From assembly GCF_963921235.1 (NCBI RefSeq), contig NC_086097.1, positions 51,710,001 to 51,774,000 on the forward strand: 64,000 nt of DNA. Direction: 5' to 3'. Origin of the DNA: Mobula hypostoma. Its lineage: Eukaryota. The notes below the pieces were generated by a model. The model was not told where the DNA came from. It saw only the letters and a program-made list of their open reading frames with translations, and made no database searches. Of the stretch, positions 24,749 to 39,700 are shown piece by piece. How positions within the stretch are numbered: the first letter of the stretch is position 1; the number at the start of each line of letters is the position of its first letter. Made by a program: the position numbers and the translations under genes.

Positions 24749-27700
24749 CTGATCTATCTCACTCCTGTACGCCTCGTCACCATCTGAACTGAACTATCTC
24801 ACTCCTGTACGCCTCGTCACCATCTGAACTGATCTATCTCACTCCTGTATGCCTCGTCACCATCTGAACAGATCTATCTCACTCCTGTACGCTTGGTCAC
24901 CATCTGAACTGATCTATCTCACTCCTGTACGCCTCGTCACCATCTGAACTGATCTATCTCACTCCTCTACGCCTTGTCACCAACTGAAACTATCTGTCTC
25001 ACTCCTGTACGCCTTGTCACCATCTGAACCGATCTATCTCACTCCTGGATGCCACGTCACCATCTGAACTGATCTATCTCACTCCTGTACGCCATGTCAC
25101 CATCTGAACTGATCAATCTCACTCCTGTACGCCTCGTCACCATCTGAACTGATCTATCTCACTCCTGTACGCCACGTCACCATCTGAACTGATCTGTCTC
25201 ACTCCTGTACGCCTCGTCATCATCTGAACTGATCTATCTCACTCCTGTACGACTCGTCACCATCTGAACTGATCTTCTCACTCCTGTATGCCTCCTCATC
25301 ATCTGAACTGATCTATCTCACTCCTGTACGCCTTGTCACCATCTGAACTAATCTGTCTCACTCCTGTACGCCTCGTCACCATCTGAACTGATCTATCTCA
25401 CTCCTGTACGCCTCCTCACCATCTGAACTAATCTGTCTCACTCCTGTACACCTCGTCACCATCTGAACCGATCGATCTCACTCCTTTACGCCACGTCACC
25501 ATCTGAACTAATCTGTCTCACTGCTGTACGCCTCGTCACCATCGGAAACTCTCACTCCTGTACGCCTCGTCACCATCTGAACTGATCTATCTCACTCCTG
25601 TACGCCTCGTCACGATCTGAACTGATCTATCTCACTCCTGTGCGCCTCGTCACAATCTGAACCGATCGATCTCACTCCTGTACGCCTCGTCACCATCAGA
25701 ACTGATCTATCTCACTCCTGTACACCTCGTCACCATCTGAACTGATCTGCCTCACTCCTGTACGCATCGTCACCATCTGAACTGATCTATCTCACTCCTG
25801 TACGACTCGTCACCATCTGAACCAATCGATCTCATTTCTGTACACCTCGTCACCATCTGAACCGATCGATCTCACTCCTGTACGCCTTGTCACCATCTGA
25901 ACTGATCTGTCTCACTCCTGTACGCCTTGTCACCACCTGAACTGATCAATCTCACTCCTGTACGCCTCGTCACCTTCTGAACTGATCTATCTCACTCCTG
26001 TCCGCCTCGTCACCATCTGAACTGATCGATCTCACTCCTGTACGCCTCGTCACCATCTGAACTGATCTACCTCACTCCTGCACACCTCGTCACCATCTGA
26101 ACTGATCTATCTCACTCCTGCACACCTCATCACAATCTGAACTGATCTGTCTCACTCCTGTACGCCTCGTCACCATCTGAACCGATCTGTCTCTCTGCTG
26201 TACGCCTCGTCACCATCTGAACTGATCTAACTCACTCCTGTACGCCTCGTCACCATCTGAACTGATCTATCTCACTCCTGTACGCCTCGTCACCATCTGA
26301 ACCGATCTGTCTCTCTCCTGTACGCCTTGTCACCATCTGAACTGATCTATCTCACTCCTGTACGCCTCGTCACCATCTGAACTGATCGATCTCACTCTTG
26401 TACGCCTCGTCACCTTCTGAACTGATCTATCTCACTCCTGTACTCCTCGTCACCTTCTGAACTGATCTATCTCACTCCTGTACGTCTCGTCACCATCTGA
26501 ACTGATCTGACTCACTCCTGTACGCCTCGTCACCATCTGAACTGATCTGTCTCACTCCTGTATTCCTCGTCACCATCTGAACTGATCTATCTCACTCCTG
26601 TACGCCTCGTCACCATCTGAACTGATCTGTCTCACTCCTGTACGCCTCGTCACCATCTGAACTGATCTGTCTCACTGCTGTACGCCTCGTCACCATCTGA
26701 ACTGATCTATCTCACTCCTGTACGCCTCGTCACCATCTGAACTGATCTGTTTCAGTCCTGTACGCCTCGTCACCATCTGAACTGATCTATCGCACTCCTT
26801 TACACCTCGTCGCCATCTGAAACTCTCACTCCTGTACGCCTCGTCACCATCTGAATTGATCTGTCTCACTCCTCTACGCCCTGTCACCATCTGAACTGAT
26901 CTATCTCACTCCTGTACGCCTCGTCACCATCTGAACTGTTCAACCTCACTCCTGTACGCCTCGTCACCATCTGAACTGATCTGTCTCACTACTGTACGCC
27001 TCGTCAGCATCTGAACTGATCTATCTCACTCCTGTACGCATTGTCACCATCTGAACCGATCTGTCTCACTCCTGTACGCCTCGTCACCATCTGAACCGAT
27101 CTGTCTCACTCCTGTACGCCTTGTCACCATCTGAACCGATCTGTCTCATTCCTGTACTACTCGTCACCATCTGAACTGATCTACCTCGCTCCTGTACGCC
27201 TCGTCACCATCTGAACTGATCTATCTCACTCCTGTACGCCTCGTCACCATCTGAACTAATCTGTGTCACTCCTGTACGCCTCGTCACCATCTGAACCGAT
27301 CTGTCTCACTCCTGTATGCCTCGTCACCATCTGAACTGATCTATCTCACTCCTGTACGACTCGTCACCATCTGAACCGATCTATCTCACTCTTGTACGAC
27401 GCGTCACCATCTGAACTGATCTTCTCACTCCTGTACGCCTTGTCACCATCTGAAACTCTAACTCCTGTACGCCTCCTCACCATCTGAACTGATCTATCTC
27501 ACTCCTGTACGCCTCCTCACCATCTGAACTGATCTATCTCACTGCTGTACGCCTTGTCACCATCTGAAAGTCTAACTCCTGTACGCCTCCTCACCATCTG
27601 AACTGATCTATCTCACTCCTGTACGCCTCGTCACCATCTGGAACTAATCTGTCTCACTCCTGTACGACTCGTCACCATCTGAACGGATCGATCTCACTCC

Positions 27701-30700
27701 TGTACGCATCGTCACCATCTGAACTGATCTATCTCACTCCTGTACGCCTCGTCACCATCTGAACTGATCTATCTCACTCCTGTACGCCTCCTCACCATCT
27801 GAATTTATCTGTCTCACTCCTGTACGCCTCGTCACCATCTGAACTGATCTACCTCACTCCTGTACGCCTCGTCATCATCTGAACCGATCGATCTCACTCC
27901 TGTACGCCTTGTCACCATCTAAACCGACCTGTCTCACTCCTGTACGCCTCGTCACCATCTGAACCGATCTGTCTTACTCCTGTACGACTCGTCACCATCT
28001 GAACTGATCTATCTCACTCCTGTATGCCTCGTCACCAACTGAACTGATCTATCTCACTCCTGTCTGCCTCGTTATCATCTGAACTGATCTGTCTCACTCC
28101 TGTACGACTTGTCACCATCTGAACTGATCTATCTCACTCCTGTACGACTCGTCACCATCTGAACTGATCTCCCTCACTCCTGTACGCCTCGTCACCATCT
28201 GAAACTCTCACTCCTGTACGCCTCGTCGCCATCTGAACTGATCAATTTCACTCCTGTATGCCTCGTCACCATCTGAACTGATCTGTCTCACTCCTGTACG
28301 CCTCGTTACCATCTGAACTGATCTATCTCACTCCTGTACGCCACGTCACCATCTGAACCGATCTGTGTCACTCCTGTACGCCTCGTCACCATCTGAACTG
28401 ATCTATCTCACTCCTGTACGCCTCGTCACCATCTGAATCGATCGATCTCACTCCTGTACGCCTCGTCACCATCTGAACTGATCTGTTTCACTCCTGTACA
28501 TCTCGTCACCATCTGAACTGATCTATCTCACTCCTGTACGTCTCGTCACCATCTGAACTTATCTGTTTCACTCCTGTACATCTCGTCACCATCTGAACTG
28601 ATCTATCTCACTCCTGTACGCCTCGTCACCATCTGAACTGATCTGTACATCTCGTCACCATCTGAACTGATCTGTCTCACTCCTGTACGCCTCGTCACCA
28701 TCAGAACACATCTATCTCACTTCTGTACGCTTCGTCACCATCTGAACTGATCTCCCTCACTCCTGTACACCTCGTCACCATCTGAACTGATCTATCTCAC
28801 TCCTGTACGCCTCGTCACCATCTGAACAGATCTATCTCGCTCCTGTACGCCTCGTCACCATCTGAACTGATCTGTCTCACTCCTGTACGACTCGTCACCA
28901 TCTGAACTGATCTATCTCACTCCTGTATGCCTCGTCATAATCTGAACTGATCTATCTCACTCCTGTACGCCTTGTCACCATCTGAACTGATCGATCTCAC
29001 TCCTGTACGCCTCGTCACCATCTGAACAGATCTATCTCACTCCTGTACGCCTCATCACCATCTGAACTGATCTATCTCACTCCTGTATGCCTCGTCACCA
29101 TCTGAACTGATCTATCTCACTCCTGTACGCCTCGTCACCATCTGAACTGATCTATCTCACTCCTGTACGCCTCATCACCATCTGAACTGATCTATCTCAC
29201 TCCTGTATGCCTCGTCACCATCTGAACTGATCTATCTCACTCCTGTACGCCTCGTCACCATCTGAACTGATCTGTCTGACTCCAGTACGCCTCGTCATCA
29301 TCTGAACTTATCTATCTCACTCCTGTACGCCTTGTCACCACCTGAACTGATCAATCTCACTCCTGTACGCCTCGTCACCTTCTGAACTGATCTATCTCAC
29401 TCCTGTCCGCCTCGTCACCATCTGAACTGATCGATCTCACTCCTGTACGCCTCGTCACCATCTGAACTGATCTACCTCACTCCTGCACACCTCGTCACCA
29501 TCTGAACTGATCTATCTCACTCCTGCACACCTCATCACAATCTGAACTGATCTGTCTCACTCCTGTACGCCTCGTCACCATCTGAACCGATCTGTCTCTC
29601 TGCTGTACGCCTCGTCACCATCTGAACTGATCTATCTCACTCCTGTACGCCTCGTCACCATCTGAACTGATCTATCTCACTCCTGTACGCCTCGTCACCA
29701 TCTGAACCGATCTGTCTCTCTCCTGTACGCCTCGTCACCATCTGAACTGATCTATCTCACTCCTGTACGCCTCGTCACCATCTGAACTGATCGATCTCAC
29801 TCTTGTACGCCTCGTCACCTTCTGAACTGATCTATCTCACTCCTGTACTCCTCGTCACCTTCTGAACTGATCTATCTCACTCCTGTACGTCTCGTCACCA
29901 TCTGAACTGATCTGTCTCACTCCTGTACGCCTCGTCACCATCTGAACTGATCTGTCTCACTCCTGTATGCCTCGTCACCATCTGAACTGATCTATCTCAC
30001 TCCTGTACGCCTCGTCACCATCTGAACTGATCTGTCTCACTCCTGTACGCCTCGTCACCATCTGAACTGATCTGTCTCACTGCTGTACGCCTCGTCACCA
30101 TCTGAACTGATCTATCTCACTCCTGTACGCCTCGTCACCATCTGAACTGATCTGTTTCAGTCCTGTACGCCTCGTCACCATCTGAACTGATCTATCGCAC
30201 TCCTTTACACCTCGTCGCCATCTGAAACTCTCACTCCTGTACGCCTCGTCACCATCTGAATTGATCTGTCTCACTCCTCTACGCCCTGTCACCATCTGAA
30301 CTGATCTATCTCACTCCTGTACGCCTCGTCACCATCTGAACTGTTCAACCTCACTCCTGTACGCCTCGTCACCATCTGAACTGATCTGTCTCACTACTGT
30401 ACGCCTCGTCAGCATCTGAACTGATCTATCTCACTCCTGTACGCATTGTCACCATCTGAACCGATCTGTCTCACTCCTGTACGCCTCGTCACCATCTGAA
30501 CCGATCTGTCTCACTCCTGTACGCCTTGTCACCATCTGAACCGATCTGTCTCATTCCTGTACTACTCGTCACCATCTGAACTGATCTACCTCGCTCCTGT
30601 ACGCCTCGTCACCATCTGAACTGATCTATCTCACTCCTGTACGCCTCGTCACCATCTGAACTAATCTGTGTCACTCCTGTACGCCTCGTCACCATCTGAA

Positions 30701-33700
30701 CCGATCTGTCTCACTCCTGTATGCCTCGTCACCATCTGAACTGATCTATCTCACTCCTGTACGACTCGTCACCATCTGAACCGATCTATCTCACTCTTGT
30801 ACGACGCGTCACCATCTGAACTGATCTTCTCACTCCTGTACGCCTTGTCACCATCTGAACTAATCTGTGTCACTCCTGTACGCCTCGTCACCATCTGAAC
30901 CGATCTGTCTCACTCCTGTATGCCTCGTCACCATCTGAACTGATCTATCTCACTCCTGTACGACTCGTCACCATCTGAACCGATCTATCTCACTCTTGTA
31001 CGACGCGTCACCATCTGAACTGATCTTCTCACTCCTGTACGCCTTGTCACCATCTGAAACTCTAACTTCTGTACGCCTCCTCACCATCTGAACTGATCTA
31101 TCTCACTCCTGTACGCCTCCTCACCATCTGAACTGATCTATCTCACTGCTGTACGCCTTGTCACCATCTGAAAGTCTAACTCCTGTACGCCTCCTCACCA
31201 TCTGAACTGATCTATCTCACTCCTGTACGCCTCGTCACCATCTGAACTGATCTATCTCACTGCTGTACGCCTTGTCACCATCTGAAAGTCTAACTCCTGT
31301 ACGCCTCCTCACCATCTGAACTGATCTATCTCACTCCTGTACGCCTCGTCACCATCTGAACTAATCTGTCTCACTCCTGTACGACTCGTCACCATCTGAA
31401 CTGATCTTCTCACTCCTGTACGTCTCCTCACCATCTGAACTGATCTATCTCACTCCTGTACGCCTTGTCACCATCTAAACTGATCTGTCTCACTCCTGTA
31501 CGCCTCGTCACCATTTGAACTGATCTATCTCACTCCTGTACGCCTCGTCACCATCTGAACGGATCGATCTCACTCCTGTACGCCTCCTCACCATCTGAAT
31601 TTATCTGTCTCACTCCTGTACGCCTCGTCACCATCTGAACTGATCTACCTCACTCCTGTACGCCTCATCATCATCTGAACCGATCGATCTCACTCCTGTA
31701 CGCCTTGTCACCATCTAAACCGACCTGTCTCACTCCTGTACGCCTCGTCACCATCTGAACCGATCTGTCTTACTCCTGTACGACTCGTCACCATCTGAAC
31801 TGATCTATCTCACTCCTGTATGCCTCGTCACCATCTGAACTGATCTATCTCACTCCTGTCTGCCTCGTTACCATCTGAACTGATCTGTCTCACTCCTGTA
31901 CGACTTGTCACCATCTGAACGGATCTATCTCACTCCTGTACGCCTCGTCACCATCTGAACTGATCAATCTCACTCCTGTACGCCTCGTCACCATCTGAAC
32001 TGATCAGTCTCACTCCTGTACGCCTCGTTACCATCTGAACTGATCTATCTCACTCCTGTACGCCTCGTCACCATCTGAACCGATCTGTCTCACTCCTGTA
32101 CGCCTCGTCACCATCTGAACTGATCTATCTCACTCCTGTACGCCTCGTCACCATCTGAATCGATCGATCTCACTCCTGTACGCCTCGTCACCATCTGAAC
32201 TGATCTGTTTCACTCCTGTACATCTCGTCACCATCTGAACTGATCTATCTCACTCCTGTACGCCTCGTCACCATCTGAACTTATCTGTTTCACTCCTGTA
32301 CATCTCGTCACCATCTGAACTGATCTATCTCACTCCTGTACGCCTCGTCACCATCTGAACTGATCTGTACATCTCGTCACCATCTGAACTGATCTGTCTC
32401 ACTCCTGTACGCCTCGTCACCATCAGAACACATCTATCTCACTTCTGTACGCTTCGTCACCATCTGAACTGATCTCCCTCACTCCTGTACACCTCGTCAC
32501 CATCTGAACTGATCTGTCTCACTCCTGTACGCCTCGTCACCATCTGAACTGATCTAGCTCGCTCCTGTACGCCTCGTCACCATCTGAACTGATCTGTCTC
32601 ACTCCTGTACGACTCGTCACCATCTGAACTGATCTATCGCACTCCTGTACGCCTCGTCATAATCTGAACTGATCTATCTCACTCCTGTACGCCTTGTCAC
32701 CATCTGAACTGATCGATCTCACTCCTGTACGCCTCGTCACCATCTGAACAGATCTATCTCACTCCTGTACGCCTCATCACCATCTGAACTGATCTATCTC
32801 ACTCCTGTATGCCTCGTCACCATCTGAACTGATCTATCTCACTCCTGTACGCCTCGTCACCATCTGAACTGATCTATCTCACTCCTGTACACCTCATCAC
32901 CATCTGAACTGATCTATCTCACTCCTGTATGCCTCGTCACCATCTGAACTGATCTATCTCACTCCTGTACGCCTCGTTACCTTCTGAATCGATCGATCTC
33001 ACTCCTGTACGCCTCGTCAGCATCTGAACTGATCTATCTCACTGCTGTACGCCTCTTCACCATCTGAACTGATCTGTTTCACTCCTGTACGCCTCGTCAC
33101 CATCTGAACTGATCTATCTCACTCCTGTACGCCTCGTCACCATCTGAACCGATCTGTCTCACTCCTGTACGCCTCGTCACCATCTGAACCGATCTGTCTC
33201 ACTCCGGTACACCTCGTCACCATCTGAAACTCTCACTCCTGTACGCCTCATCACCATCTGAACTGATCTATCTCACTCCTGTACGCCTCGTCACCATCTG
33301 AACTGATCTATCTCACTCCTGTACGCCTCGTCACCATCTGAACTGATCTGTCTCACTCCTGTACATCTCGTCACCATCAGAACAGATCTATCTCACTCCT
33401 GTACGCCTCGTCACCATCTGAACGGATCTATCTCACTCCTGTACGCCTCGTCACCATCTGAACTGATCTATCTCACTCCTGTACGCCTCGTCACCATCTG
33501 AACTGATCTGTCTCACTCCTGTACATCTCGTCACCATCAGAACAGATCTATCTCACTCCTGTACGCCTCGTCACCATCTGAACTGATCTATCTCACTCCT
33601 GTACGCATCGTCACCATCTGAACTGATCTATCTCACTCCTGTACGCCTCGTCACCATCTGAACTGATCTATCTCACTCCTGTACGCCTCATCACCATCTG

Positions 33701-36700
33701 AACTGATCTGTCTCACTCCTGTACGCCTCGTCACCATTTGAACTGATCTATCTCACTCCTGTACGCCTCGTCACCATCTGAACTGATCGATCTCACTCCT
33801 GTACGCATCGTCACCATCTGAACTGATCTATCTCACTCCTGTACGCCTCGTCACCATCTGAACTGATCTATCTCACTCCTGTACGCCTCCTCACCATCTG
33901 AATTTATCTGTCTCACTCCTGTACGCCTCGTCACCATCTGAACTGATCTACCTCACTCCTGTACGCCTCGTCATCATCTGAACCGATCGATCTCACTCCT
34001 GTACGCCTCGTCACCATCTGAACCGATCTGTCTCACTCCTGTACGCCTCGTCACCATCTGAACCGATCTGTCTCACTCCTGTACGCCTCGTCACCATCTG
34101 AACTGATCTATCTCACTCCTGTACGCCTCGTCACCATCTGAACTGATCTATCTCACTCCTGTACGCCTCGTCACCATCTGAACTGATCTGTCTCACTCCT
34201 GTACGCCTCGTCACCATCTGAACTGATCTATCTCACTCCTGTACGACTCGTCACCATCTGAACTGATCTCCCTCACTCCTGTACGCCTCGTCACCATCTG
34301 AACTGATCTATCTCACTCCTGTACGCCTCGTCACCATCTGAACTGATCTGTCTCACTCCTGTACGCCTCGTCACCATCTGAACTGATCTATCTCACTCCT
34401 GTACGCCTCGTCACCATCTGAACTGATCTGTGTCACTCCTGTACGCCTCGTCACCATCTGAACTGATCTATCTCACTCCTGTACGCCTCGTCACCATCTG
34501 AACTGATCTATCTCACTCCTGTACGCCTCGTCACCATCTGAACTGATCTGTTTCACTCCTGTACATCTCGTCACCATCTGAACTGATCTATCTCACTCCT
34601 GTACGCCTCGTCACCATCTGAACTGATCTGTACATCTCGTCACCATCTGAACTGATCTGTCTCACTCCTGTACGCCTCGTCACCATCTGAACTGATCTAT
34701 CTCACTCCTGTACGCCTCGTCACCATCTGAACTGATCTATCTCACTCCTGTACGCCTCGTCACCATCTGAACTGATCTATCTCACTCCTGTACGCCTCGT
34801 CACCATCTGAACTGATCTATCTCACTCCTGTACGCCTCGTCACCATCTGAACTGATCTATCTCACTCCTGTACGACTCGTCACCATCTGAACTGATCTAT
34901 CTCACTCCTGTACGCCTCGTCACCATCTGAACTGATCTATCTCACTCCTGTACGCCTTGTAACCATCTGAACTGATCTGTCTCACTCCTGTACGCCTCGT
35001 CACCATCTGAACTGATCTACCTCACTCCTGTACGCCTTGTAACCATCTGAACTGATCTATCTCACTCCTGTACGCCTCGTCACCATCTGAACTGATCTGT
35101 CTCACTCCTGTACGCCTCGTCACCATCTGAACTGATCTATCTCACTCCTGTACGCCTCGTGAGCATCTGAACTGATCTATCTCACTCCTGTATGCCTCGT
35201 CACCATCTGAACTGATCTACCTCACTCCTGTACGCCTCGTCATCATCTGAACCGATCGATCTCACTCCTGTACGCCTTGTCACCATCTAAACCGACCTGT
35301 CTCACTCCTGTACGCCTCGTCACCATCTGAACCGATCTGTCTCACTCCTGTACGCCTCGTCACCATCTGAACTGATCTATCTCACTCCTGTATGCCTCGT
35401 CACCATCTGAACTGATCTATCTCACTCCTGTCTGCCTCGTTACCATCTGAACTGATCTGTCTCACTCCTGTACGACTTGTCACCATCTGAACTGATCTAT
35501 CTCACTCCTGTACGACTCGTCACCATCTGAACTGATCTCCCTCACTCCTGTACGCCTCGTCACCATCTGAAACTCTCACTCCTGTACGCCTCGTCACCAT
35601 CTGAACTGATCAATCTCACTCCTGTACGCCTCGTCACCATCTGAACTGATCTGTCTCACTCCTGTACGCCTCGTTACCATCTGAACTGATCTATCTCACT
35701 CCTGTACGCCTCGTCACCATCTGAACCGATCTGTCTCACTCCTGTACGCCTCGTCACCATCTGAACTGATCTATCTCACTCCTGTACGCCTCGTCACCAT
35801 CTGAATCGATCGATCTCACTCCTGTACGCCTCGTCACCATCTGAACTGATCTGTTTCACTCCTGTACATCTCGTCACCATCTGAACTGATCTATCTCACT
35901 CCTGTACGTCTCGTCACCATCTGAACTTATCTGTTTCACTCCTGTACATCTCGTCACCATCTGAACTGATCTATCTCACTCCTGTACGCCTCGTCACCAT
36001 CTGAACTGATCTGTACATCTCGTCACCATCTGAACTGATCTGTCTCACTCCTGTACGCCTCGTCACCATCAGAACACATCTATCTCACTTCTGTACGCTT
36101 CGTCACCATCTGAACTGATCTCCCTCACTCCTGTACACCTCGTCACCATCTGAACTGATCTATCTCACTCCTGTACGCCTCGTCACCATCTGAACTGATC
36201 TATCTCGCTCCTGTACGCCTCGTCACCATCTGAACTGATCTGTCTCACTCCTGTACGACTCGTCACCATCTGAACTGATCTATCTCACTCCTGTACGCCT
36301 CGTCATAATCTGAACTGATCTATCTCACTCCTGTACGCCTTGTCACCATCTGAACTGATCGATCTCACTCCTGTACGCCTCGTCACCATCTGAACAGATC
36401 TATCTCACTCCTGTACGCCTCGTCACCATCTGAACTGATCTATCTCACTCCTGTACGCCTCGTCACCATCTGAACTGATCTATCTCACTCCTGTACGCCT
36501 CGTCACCATCTGAACTGATCTATCTCACTCCTGTACGCCTCGTCACCATCTGAACTGATCTATCTCACTCCTGTACGCCTCGTCACCATCTGAACTGATC
36601 TATCTCACTCCTGTACGCCTCGTCACCATCTGAACTGATCTATCTCACTCCTGTACGCCTCGTCACCATCTGAACTGATCTATCTCACTCCTGTACGCCT

Positions 36701-39700
36701 CGTCACCATCTGAACTGATCTGTCTCACTCCTGTACGCCTCGTCACCATCTGAACTGATCTATCTCACTCCTGTACGCCTCGTCACCATCTGAACTGATC
36801 TGTCTCACTCCTGTACGCCTCGTCACCATCTGAACTGATCTACCTCACTCCTGTACGCCTCGTCACCATCTGAACCGATCTATCTCACTCCTGTACGCCT
36901 TGTCACCATCTGAACTGATCTGTCTCACTCCTGTACGCCTCGTCACCATCTGAACCGATCTGTCTCACTCCTGTACGCCTTGTCACCATCTGAACTGATC
37001 TATCCACTCCTTACTCCTCGTCGCTCTCACTCCTGTACGCCTCGTCACCATCTGAATTGATCTGTCTCACTCCTGTACGCCTCGTCACCATCTGAACCGA
37101 TCTATCTCACTCCTGTACGCCTCGTCAGCATCTGAACTGATCTATCTCACTCCTGTACGCCTCGTCACCATCTGAACTGATCTATCTCACTCCTGTACGC
37201 CTCGTCACCATCTGAACTGATCAATTTCACTCCTGTACGCCTCGTCACCATCTGAACTGATCTGTCTCACTCCTGTACGCCTCGTCACCATCTGAACTGA
37301 TCTATCTCACTCCTGTACGCCTCGTCACCATCTGAACCGATCTGTCTCACTCCTGTACGCCTCGTCACCATCTGAACTGATCTATCTCACTCCTGTACGC
37401 CTCGTCACCATCTGAACTGATCTATCTCACTCCTGTACGCCTCGTCACCATCTGAACTGATCTGTCTCACTCCTGTACGCCTCGTCACCATCTGAACCGA
37501 TCTGTCTCACTCCTGTACGCCTCGTCACCATCTGAACTGATCTATCTCACTCCTGTACGACTCGTCACCATCTGAACCGATGTATCTCACTCTTGTACGA
37601 CGCGTCACCATCTGAACTGATCTATCGCACTCCTTTACACCTCGTCGCCATCTGAAACTCTCACTCCTGTACGCCTCGTCACCATCTGAACTGATCTATC
37701 TCACTGCTGTACGCCTCCTCACCATCTGAACTGATCTATCTCACTGCTGTACGCCTTGTCACCATCTGAAAGTCTAACTCCTGTACGCCTCCTCACCATC
37801 TGAACTGATCTATCTCACTCCTGTACGCCTCGTCACCATCTGAACTGATCTGTCTCACTACTGTACGCCTCGTCAGCATCTGAACTGATCTATCTCACTC
37901 CTGTACGCATTGTCACCATCTGAACCGATCTGTCTCACTCCTGTACGCCTCGTCACCATCTGAACCGATCTGTCTCACTCCTGTACGCCTTGTCACCATC
38001 TGAACCGATCTGTCTCATTCCTGTACTACTCGTCACCATCTGAACTGATCTACCTCGCTCCTGTACGCCTCGTCACCATCTGAACTGATCTATCTCACTC
38101 CTGTACGCCTCGTCACCATCTGAACTAATCTGTGTCACTCCTGTACGCCTCGTCACCATCTGAACCGATCTGTCTCACTCCTGTATGCCTCGTCACCATC
38201 TGAACTGATCTATCTCACTCCTGTACGACTCGTCACCATCTGAACCGATCTATCTCACTCTTGTACGACGCGTCACCATCTGAACTGATCTTCTCACTCC
38301 TGTACGCCTTGTCACCATCTGAAACTCTAACTTCTGTACGCCTCCTCACCATCTGAACTGATCTATCTCAATCCTGTACGCCTCCTCACCATCTGAACTG
38401 ATCTATCTCACTTCTGTACGCCTTGTCACCATCTGAAAGTCTAACTCCTGTACGACTCCTCACCATCTGAACTGATCTATCTCACTCCTGTACGCCTCGT
38501 CACCATCTGAACTAATCTGTCTCACTCCTGTACGCCTCGTCACCATCTGAACTGATCTTCTCACTCCTGTACGTCTCCTCACCATCTGAACTGATCTATC
38601 TCACTCCTGTACGCCTTGTCACCATCTGAACTAATCTGTCTCACTCCTGTACGCCTCGTCACCATCTGAACTGATCTATCTCACTCCTGTACGCCTCCTC
38701 ACCATCTGAACTAATCTGTCTCACTCCTGTACGCCTCGTCACCATCTGAACCGATCTGTCTCACTCCTCTACGCCTCGTCACCATCTGAACTGATCTATC
38801 TCACTCCTGTACGACTCGTCACCATCTGAAGCGATCTATCTCACTCATGTACGACGCGTCACCATCTGAACTGATCTTCTCACTCCTGTACGCCATGTCA
38901 CCATCTGAAACTCTCACTCCTGTACGCATCGTCACCATCTGAACTTATCTGTTTCACTCCTGTACATCTCGTCACCATCTGAACTGATCTATCTCACTCC
39001 TGTACGCCTCGTCACCATCTGAACTGATCTGTACATCTCGTCACCATCTGAACTGATCTGTCTCACTCCTGTACGCCTCGTCACCATCAGAACACATCTA
39101 TCTCACTTCTGTACGCTTCGTCACCATCTGAACTGATCTCCCTCACTCCTGTACACCTCGTCACCATCTGAACTGATCTGTCTCACTCCTGTACGCCTCG
39201 TCACCATCTGAACTGATCTAGCTCGCTCCTGTACGCCTCGTCACCATCTGAACTGATCTGTCTCACTCCTGTACGACTCGTCACCATCTGAACTGATCTA
39301 TCGCACTCCTGTACGCCTCGTCATAATCTGAACTGATCTATCTCACTCCTGTACGCCTTGTCACCATCTGAACTGATCGATCTCACTAATGTACGCCTCG
39401 TCACCATCTGAACAGATCTATCTCACTCCTGTACGCCTCATCACCATCTGAACTGATCTATCTCACTCCTGTATGCCTCGTCACCATCTGAACTGATCTA
39501 TCTCACTCCTGTACGCCTCGTCACCATCTGAACTGATCTATCTCACTCCTGTACGCCTCATCACCATCTGAACTGATCTATCTCACTCCTGTATGCCTCG
39601 TCACCATCTGAACTGATCTATCTCACTCCTGTACGCCTCGTCACCATCTGAACTGATCTGTCTGACTCCAGTACGCCTCGTCATCATCTGAACTGATCTA

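Larger units (their letters stand above)
18080..24788 (-). mobile_element. Rex1/Babar-type LINE (A-like family), pieces 18080-18195 and 24230-24788; its 5' end abuts the satellite
   Basis: The tail AGAATCAGGTTTAATATCACTGGCACATGTC is the reverse complement of the LINE A 3' end. Minus-strand ORF2 pieces read DPHYRGHALFSLL...FRNGCFPS and SDGDEAYRSEIDQWAD*CCNNHLAL. Confidence 0.75.
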